Sequence record: DRR723986_10634 | Direction: 5' to 3' (one strand) | Length of the DNA: 44,707 nt | In this document: one piece after another, positions 44,444 to 44,707 of the stretch | Numbering within the stretch: the first letter of the stretch is position 1 | How the letters are laid out: each line of letters opens with the position of its first letter | The notes under the pieces: model-generated | What the model was told of the DNA's origin: nothing | What the model saw: the letters and a program-made list of their open reading frames with translations, nothing else | Database searches by the model: none | Program-made: the position numbers and the translations under genes

Positions 44444-44707
44444 TTAGGAACGGCTCCAATAAGCCTTTGTCATAGATAGGGACTTGGAAAGTCCAAGTGG
44501 AAGGGAGCGGTAGTGCAGCCCCAGTTTATACCCAGCCAATTTCGCCCCAGTTGCAATCAGACATTTTGGGATCAGTAATGGATTATGCTTAAGTGTGTAG
44601 GTGAGTTCTGATTTGAGATATTTGAATCCTTCACTTTCTGCTCTGCCAAATTTCTCGAAGATCCAGCGGTTGTTGATATGAAATACTCCAATATCAAAAT
44701 ATCGCTT
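44444..44707 (-). CDS. 3' end of a GT2 glycosyltransferase (RfbN/WbaN-like rhamnosyltransferase), truncated by window edge
   Basis: Manual translation of 87 codons plus stop: KRYFDIGVFH...FGRAESEGFKYLKSE...AKLAGYKLG...SMTKAYWSRS*. Not in the ORF track. Confidence 0.8.
   Translation of the reverse strand, partial: KRYFDIGVFHINNRWIFEKFGRAESEGFKYLKSELTYTLKHNPLLIPKCLIATGAKLAGYKLGLHYRSLPLGLSKSLSMTKAYWSRS

Noticed and set aside
1..44707. tRNA/rRNA genes, integrases, transposases, prophage, reverse transcriptases, restriction-modification
   Set aside because: No such motifs were seen; intergenic gaps are all under about 290 bp and show no cloverleaf or terminal-inverted-repeat signatures by eye.

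Overview
This is a gene-dense, mostly housekeeping stretch of a Bacteroidota chromosome. The assignment rests on gldD, a DUF2851 gene, a BatD gene and many TAnnTTTG -7 promoter boxes; a Cyclobacteriaceae/Algoriphagus-like host is my inference. It holds 39 complete CDSs plus one partial CDS at the right edge that the ORF track missed (GT2 rhamnosyltransferase-like). Core genes include pyrF, trhO, recG, lysC, ribH, pdhA, recF, P-II/amt, aroC, fumC, ridA, mazG, glmM and an IscS-type desulfurase. I found no rRNA, tRNA, CRISPR array, integrase/transposase, prophage or recognisable defence system, so I cannot claim a clear-cut new system. Best leads: (i) a probable N-acetylhexosamine salvage route (Na+/solute symporter, NahK-like kinase, nucleotidyltransferase); (ii) a periplasmic-TPR two-component system with a candidate operator in front of an uncharacterised 91-aa gene; (iii) several degenerate 7-, 8- and 9-bp-period intergenic arrays that may be empty cassette-exchange sites; (iv) an NqrM-like four-Cys membrane microprotein behind a palindromic double promoter; (v) a P-II protein with non-canonical effector-site residues; (vi) two apparently leaderless genes. 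All family assignments come from motif recognition by eye, not database searches.
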